In this document: positions 46,097-50,700 of the stretch, in pieces
Position numbering within the stretch: position 1 is the first letter of the stretch
How the letters are laid out: each line of letters starts with the position of its first letter
Origin: a virus
Lineage: Duplodnaviria; Caudoviricetes
Virus record (IMG/VR): IMGVR_UViG_3300028024_000181
Location: 1-50,700 of that record
Length of the DNA stretch: 50,700 nt
Direction: 5' to 3' (one strand)
The notes under the pieces: generated by a model
Told to the model about the DNA's origin: nothing
The model's input: only the letters and a program-made list of their open reading frames with translations
The model's database searches: none
Position numbers and translations under genes: made by a program

Positions 46097-46687
46097 ATGC
46101 TCGCTCCTGAACTGACTGACGCCGATTTTTTAGCGGCGCTGCAGGCACTGATGCCACGCGGCCGTGTATGGCCTCGTGATGCTGATGCCATTCAAACGAA
46201 AACGCTCGCAGGCTGCGCGCCCACTTATACGCGACTTACGGCCCGAGCAAACAATGTCATCACCGATGGCTTTCCCGGGTCGACGTACGAACTTCTGCCG
46301 GAGTGGGAAGCGTCGCTCGGGCTACCAGATCCATGTGCTGGCCCCGCACCGACAACGCAGCAGCGCGTTGCGCAGGTTGTCGCGCGCCTGACTGCCACGG
46401 GTGGCCAGTCCATCGCGTACTACACCGCTGTTGCGGCCGCGCTTGGGTATGCGATCACGATCACGCAATTCGTCCCATCCCGGTTCGGCAAGAACTTCGG
46501 CACGCTATTTGGCGGAACGGCATGGGCGTTCGCCTGGCAGGTGAATGCACCGACGTTCACGATCACGAGTCTCCAATTCGGCGGTTCGTTCGGGACGCCC
46601 TTCGCGTCATGGGGCAACAACGTTCTGCAATGCGAGCTGCAGCGATTTGCGCCCGCCCATACAACCCTTCTGTTCAAATATTCTTAA
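46097..46687 (+). CDS. YmfQ/DUF2313 (Mu gp48-like) baseplate protein
   Basis: L.P.G..W, LLPEWE..LGLPD.C, GGQS..Y, C...PAHT. Confidence 0.92.
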   Translation: MLAPELTDADFLAALQALMPRGRVWPRDADAIQTKTLAGCAPTYTRLTARANNVITDGFPGSTYELLPEWEASLGLPDPCAGPAPTTQQRVAQVVARLTATGGQSIAYYTAVAAALGYAITITQFVPSRFGKNFGTLFGGTAWAFAWQVNAPTFTITSLQFGGSFGTPFASWGNNVLQCELQRFAPAHTTLLFKYS

Positions 46688-46693
46688 AGCCAA

Positions 46694-47992
46694 ATGGACC
46701 GTCTAATTGCGCCGAACTCAGTTCCACTAGCCCAAGCGGACACGGCGCCCGCTACGGGAACGCCGCAATATGCGACCGACGGTAACCCGGCGACGAATGT
46801 GCCGGCGACGCAGTGGCCGGCATATGCGTTTAATACCCTGCAGGACGAGATTTACAACGTCATCATCGCCGCAGGGCTAACGCCGAATCGCAATGCATGG
46901 AATCAGCTGCTCACTGCGATTCAATCGATGCTTCAGGGGAGCACGACGAATGTAGGTGTCGATACCGGCGCTGCGAATGCATATGTTGTTGCGTTCACGC
47001 CAGCACTCCCTAATCCGGTTCCATGGGTGCCGTTCTGGTTCGAGGTCGCACACACGAACACAGGAGCCTCGACGCTCAATGCAACGAGGACGGTCGAGCC
47101 ACTCGTCGGTGCTGCGCACGCGGCGTTGCAAGGCGGTGAGCTCGTCGCGAAGGGCAATGCACTCGTCTACTGGAACCCGACGCTCAATTCGAATGCGGGA
47201 GCCTATGTGCTCCTCTTCTGCTCTGGAGCAGCGGAGCAAGTTGCACCGGCTACGCAGTCGGGGCATGCCATGCAACTCGGGCAGGCGACCGGCCGCCTTC
47301 TACGTACAAGCGTGTATCGCCTCATTTCCGGCGTCCTTAGCGTCTCGGTGAATGGCGGATCGTTCACGGCAACGGGAGGTGCAAATTTCACTCCGTTGGC
47401 ACTAACGAATTCGATTGTTGCGGAGGTGATCGGTGGTGGTGGTGGATCCGGAAGTACTCTGAATCCATCTACCGGAAATACATCAATGACCGGCGGCGGA
47501 GGAGGCGCGAACGTTCAACGCGGGCTGTTCACCAGTGGCTTTAGTTCGCTTGCGCCCACCGTTGGAGTTGGTGGCACGGGCGGCGTAGGTAGCGCGGTCG
47601 CGGGAGGTACGGGCGGAACATCAAGCCTTGGAGCGCTCATATCCGCAGGAGGAGGCGGCGGCAGCGCTGGCGGTCTCTCGTTCGCAACAACTACCAATGC
47701 TGCGGCTTCTGGCGGTGGAGGCAGCGGGACTGGCGCAGGCGGCAACCTGGCTAGCTTGCAAGGTGCCACAGGTGCCAATGGCTTCTCACTAACTGGCGCA
47801 CTACTGAGTGGAGCGGGGGGATCGAACGGCCTGGGCTATCCCGGCGCGCAGGGCGTTGGCAGCGGGCAACAAGGCGTCGCCGGTCCGAACGTCGGCTCTG
47901 GTGCAAGCGGCGCTACATCAGCTTCTGGAGGCGGAGCGCAATCGGGCGCCGCAGGATCGCCCGGTCAAATCACCGTTTGGGAATACCAATAA
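46694..47992 (+). CDS. Tail fibre protein with glycine-rich C-terminal domain
   Basis: TDGNP...PAT..N.LQ.E..NV...G..P...QL N-terminus; DTG.ANAY; GGGG-rich distal half. Confidence 0.85.
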   Translation: MDRLIAPNSVPLAQADTAPATGTPQYATDGNPATNVPATQWPAYAFNTLQDEIYNVIIAAGLTPNRNAWNQLLTAIQSMLQGSTTNVGVDTGAANAYVVAFTPALPNPVPWVPFWFEVAHTNTGASTLNATRTVEPLVGAAHAALQGGELVAKGNALVYWNPTLNSNAGAYVLLFCSGAAEQVAPATQSGHAMQLGQATGRLLRTSVYRLISGVLSVSVNGGSFTATGGANFTPLALTNSIVAEVIGGGGGSGSTLNPSTGNTSMTGGGGGANVQRGLFTSGFSSLAPTVGVGGTGGVGSAVAGGTGGTSSLGALISAGGGGGSAGGLSFATTTNAAASGGGGSGTGAGGNLASLQGATGANGFSLTGALLSGAGGSNGLGYPGAQGVGSGQQGVAGPNVGSGASGATSASGGGAQSGAAGSPGQITVWEYQ

Positions 47993-48216
47993 TGCACACA
48001 TACGCGCGCATATACGATGGCATCGTCGTGGAAATCATTAACCCCGCTACAGACGAAAGCGGAAATGAGATCCCCATTTCAGAACGCTTTCACCCCGTAA
48101 TTGTCGCCATGTTAGTGGACGTCACAAATTCAGCCCCAGCACCTCAACAATACTGGACCTACCAGAACGGAATCTTTGAGGCACCAACATCGACGACGCA
48201 AAACCCTCCAGAATGA
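47992..48216 (+). CDS. Small tail-fibre-associated protein
   Basis: YARI.DG.V.EII....RFHP....VDVT...W.Y..G.F..P. Confidence 0.75.
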   Translation: MHTYARIYDGIVVEIINPATDESGNEIPISERFHPVIVAMLVDVTNSAPAPQQYWTYQNGIFEAPTSTTQNPPE

Positions 48217-48240
48217 AGGAGGCGTCGTGGGTGCGCACAT

Positions 48241-48447
48241 CTACCACAGTCGCAAGGATGCGTCACGAGCGTCGTTGAACCCAATGCACCAATATTCGTG
48301 AGCGACAGTTCCCGGCCGATATGGGGCGACTAGATCGCCAGATTCCTGAGCCTCATATCCGGCCTTATATGCGTAATGCTTCATTATCTCCGCAGGCGTT
48401 GTCTCGTCGTTGAATAACCAATGGAGCCACGCAAACAACATTTTCAT
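48241..48447 (-). CDS. Small protein with Rmf/CrpP-like motif
   Basis: AY.AGYEA......PY......W..GF.DA; GGAG RBS. Confidence 0.55.
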   Translation of the reverse strand: MKMLFAWLHWLFNDETTPAEIMKHYAYKAGYEAQESGDLVAPYRPGTVAHEYWCIGFNDARDASLRLW

Positions 48448-48510
48448 TCTTGTTCTCCACAATTAGAGCGGCAAATGAGCGGCCAACGCCGACGCGGATT
48501 ATAGCGTTTG

Positions 48511-49182
48511 TCAGAAAACATTGGCCCGATACTTCAGCAGCAAAACATGCGTGCCGTTCCACACGGGCGGCGTCGGATCGCTCGCTGGTGCCTGGTTGAG
48601 AAAGTACTGATAGGCCAGCGAGAAGTTTTTGTACGAGATCGATGCGCCGACGACTGCGCCCAATCGCCACTTCGGATCGTTGTTGACGGCGAAGTTGCGC
48701 GGCACCGATACCTGCGGGCTAGTCCATCCGATGACGGTTTCCGACCAAGTACTGCGGTGCAGGTAAGGGCCTCCCTCGATACCGAAACGCCAGCCGCCGT
48801 AATCCATGTGTGGCTCAAGTGTAAGCAGGAATCCCTGATCATGGCCGCTGCCGACATAGCGCGCTAATGGCATGCACTGGCCAACGCAACTGTTCGTCTG
48901 TCGGTTGTAGTTAGCATCGTCTGGAACCGCAAGAGCATTCGTGTGGATCGTGCCGAGCCACGCCCAATCTGCATGCCACGATATGCCCAAGTGTTCGGCC
49001 TGGTATAGGTCACCCGTGAATCCGGCTTCGATGGCCGGCGCAGTCAAATCCATCTGATGCGCAAAGCCGTCCTGATACCAGCGACCATTGGGGCCGTTCT
49101 GATAAGCGGAGCCGCCGATACCGGCCTCGATTTGAAAGAAATTTTCCGCTTGTGCGCTGATAGCGACACAGCCGAGTGACAT
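48511..49182 (-). CDS. Putative outer-membrane beta-barrel protein (true start uncertain; frame open to 49530)
   Basis: AQA cleavage site, alternating aromatic/Gly strands, C-terminal Phe. Confidence 0.75.
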   Translation of the reverse strand: MSLGCVAISAQAENFFQIEAGIGGSAYQNGPNGRWYQDGFAHQMDLTAPAIEAGFTGDLYQAEHLGISWHADWAWLGTIHTNALAVPDDANYNRQTNSCVGQCMPLARYVGSGHDQGFLLTLEPHMDYGGWRFGIEGGPYLHRSTWSETVIGWTSPQVSVPRNFAVNNDPKWRLGAVVGASISYKNFSLAYQYFLNQAPASDPTPPVWNGTHVLLLKYRANVF

Positions 49183-49184
49183 TG

Positions 49185-49484
49185 CTACGGCTGCTGCTCT
49201 CCATCGGGCGCCGGGGCGTCTGTATCCAGATCGATGAATGCGCCTATCTTTCGCATCTCGTTCAGAACACGCTCGATATCGGCCGCAGAAAGAACCGTCA
49301 TCGCCGCCCCCATAAAGAGGTTCGCCGGCGGTATGCGCGGGGCTGCGAGATTGCTTTCTTCCGCATATTCCCGCCAACGTCGACTGGTCTTGAGTCCCAA
49401 TATCCGCGCCATTTGTGTTCCGGAGAACTGAAGTCGCTCTTTCCAATTCTTCATCTGAGCGGCGGTCGGGGAGCGATAGAGCAT
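49185..49484 (-). CDS. XRE-like HTH regulator
   Basis: PT...MK.WK..L.FSG.QMARILGL...RRWREY. Confidence 0.8.
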   Translation of the reverse strand: MLYRSPTAAQMKNWKERLQFSGTQMARILGLKTSRRWREYAEESNLAAPRIPPANLFMGAAMTVLSAADIERVLNEMRKIGAFIDLDTDAPAPDGEQQP

Positions 49485-49581
49485 GGCGTATTGATCCGGA
49501 GCGCGCAGGCGCGCGAAAACAGGCTTTCATGATGAGTCCCTTTCGGATGGCGGCCGCGCGGATGCGCTTCCAATAGCAAAT

Positions 49582-49610
49582 AAGATAGGCGGATTCCGCC
49601 TAGTCGTCAA
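49582..49610 (-). promoter_or_regulatory. Moron promoter with palindromic operator
   Basis: TTGACG-17-TATCTT; perfect palindrome TAGGCGGA-N-TCCGCCTA at 49586-49602. Confidence 0.82.
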
Positions 49611-49631
49611 GCACGAAATAATACGACCACC

Positions 49632-49658
49632 AGCCCTCTCCGGAGGGCTTTTTCATTT
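49632..49658 (+). terminator. Terminator-like hairpin upstream of lysis genes
   Basis: AGCCCTC-TCCG-GAGGGCT followed by TTTTCATTT. Confidence 0.7.
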
Positions 49659-49668
49659 CCGGGGATTC

Positions 49669-50064
49669 ATGGAAGACAACGCGATGAGCCTGAGCGATGA
49701 CGAACTCTCCAGCCTGACTCACGAGGACCAGTGGAAGCGGAACGTCGACAAACAATTTCAAGCGTTAAATCTGCGACAGAGCAATACGGATGTCGAGATG
49801 GCGAACATCAAAAGCGATGTCGCCGAAAACACCGCGCTCACTAGGCAGATTGCGGATGACACGAAAGCGATGCGCGATGCCTGGGCCGACGGCGTCGCGA
49901 TGAAACGTTTTTTCTGCCGGCTCGCCGATGCATGGACCTTCCTGCTACGCAAGGTCTTTCTCCCCGGGCTAGTCACAGTGCTGGTGCTTGTGATCATGAA
50001 GGCCATTCTGTGGGGCGCGACGATCCCGGAGTGGGCGAGCGCGATCTTCAAGCTGATGGGCTGA
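49669..50064 (+). CDS. Putative holin / lysis-associated membrane protein
   Basis: Coiled coil plus C-terminal TM segment, directly upstream of endolysin. Confidence 0.55.
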   Translation: MEDNAMSLSDDELSSLTHEDQWKRNVDKQFQALNLRQSNTDVEMANIKSDVAENTALTRQIADDTKAMRDAWADGVAMKRFFCRLADAWTFLLRKVFLPGLVTVLVLVIMKAILWGATIPEWASAIFKLMG

Positions 50065-50130
50065 CGCCACGCGCCAGCCATTCGATTTCCCTCCTTTTGA
50101 TCCGCGCATATCGTCGCGCTGGAGATCTCC

Positions 50131-50700
50131 ATGTCACCCGAAACGCTCGCCGCGGCGCTGCAGATTCCGCTCGCCCGTGCTTCCCTATGGGCCGATCCAC
50201 TGTCGGCCGCGATGGCGCTGTATGAGATCGATACACCAGCTCGCCAGGCAGCCTTCCTCGCGCAATGCGGCCATGAATGCGGTCGATTCCAGTGGCTCCG
50301 TGAACTGTGGGGGCCGACATCGGAACAGAAGCTGTACGAGCCGTTCACACCGAAGTCTCGCGCGTTGGGCAATACGACCGATGGTGATGGTTTCAGATAT
50401 CGCGGCGGCGGCCTGCTCGGCATCACCGGTCGTTACAACTTCCGGGTGATGGGCCAGAAGATCGGCTTCGATCTCGAGGCGAACCCTGATCTCATCGTGC
50501 GTCCCGACGTCGCATCGCTCGCGTCAGCGCAATTCTGGGCCGACCGCAACTTCAACGCATACGCCGATGCAGGCCAGTTTCTGACGCTGAGCCGGGCCAT
50601 CAATCTCGGCAATCCAAACAGCACGGCGCCGCCGAACGGCATGGACGATCGCGAGCAGCTCTGGACGAGTTGCAAGGCTGCGCTCGGCGTCACCGACTGA
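50131..50700 (+). CDS. Glycoside hydrolase family 19 endolysin
   Basis: AAFLAQ.GHE, LGNT..GDG.RYRG.G...ITGR.N, INLG..NG..DR. Confidence 0.92.
   Translation: MSPETLAAALQIPLARASLWADPLSAAMALYEIDTPARQAAFLAQCGHECGRFQWLRELWGPTSEQKLYEPFTPKSRALGNTTDGDGFRYRGGGLLGITGRYNFRVMGQKIGFDLEANPDLIVRPDVASLASAQFWADRNFNAYADAGQFLTLSRAINLGNPNSTAPPNGMDDREQLWTSCKAALGVTD

Larger units (their letters stand above)
1..50700. mobile_element. Temperate prophage: lambdoid control region and lambda-like head with Mu-like contractile tail
   Basis: Contiguous int, xis, cI/cro, replication, Q-like, terminase, portal, capsid, sheath, baseplate, fibre and lysin genes; no host housekeeping genes. Confidence 0.97.

Noticed and set aside
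46694-48216. Tail fibre as DGR target or invertible cassette
   Set aside because: No VR-like repeat, invertase gene or flanking inverted repeats seen

Overview
The window is one temperate prophage running from the integrase (left edge) to the endolysin (right edge); att sites are not visible. It is GC-rich, and its gene content suggests a Burkholderiaceae-like host (inference). Layout: int/xis, a long leftward early operon, a cI/cro switch with five related operators, replication and nin-like genes, a Q-like gene with late promoter and terminator, a lambda-like cos/terminase/head module (class 3 intein in the large terminase), a Mu-like contractile tail, a reverse-strand moron, and lysis genes. 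Main observations: (1) an orphan diversity-generating retroelement (DGR) cassette at 5.0-6.4 kb, with two target genes whose variable repeats show the DGR mutational signature plus avd, but no template repeat or reverse transcriptase in the window; (2) three modular antisense gene cassettes between cro and a cII-like gene, each opened by the 14-bp repeat CAAGAGGAGGGCGT and closed by a structurally conserved stem-loop/promoter element; (3) a two-gene secreted Gly/Ser-rich module; (4) an operator-controlled moron whose HTH gene is nested within the open frame of an outer-membrane protein gene. Family assignments come from motif recognition by eye, not database searches.
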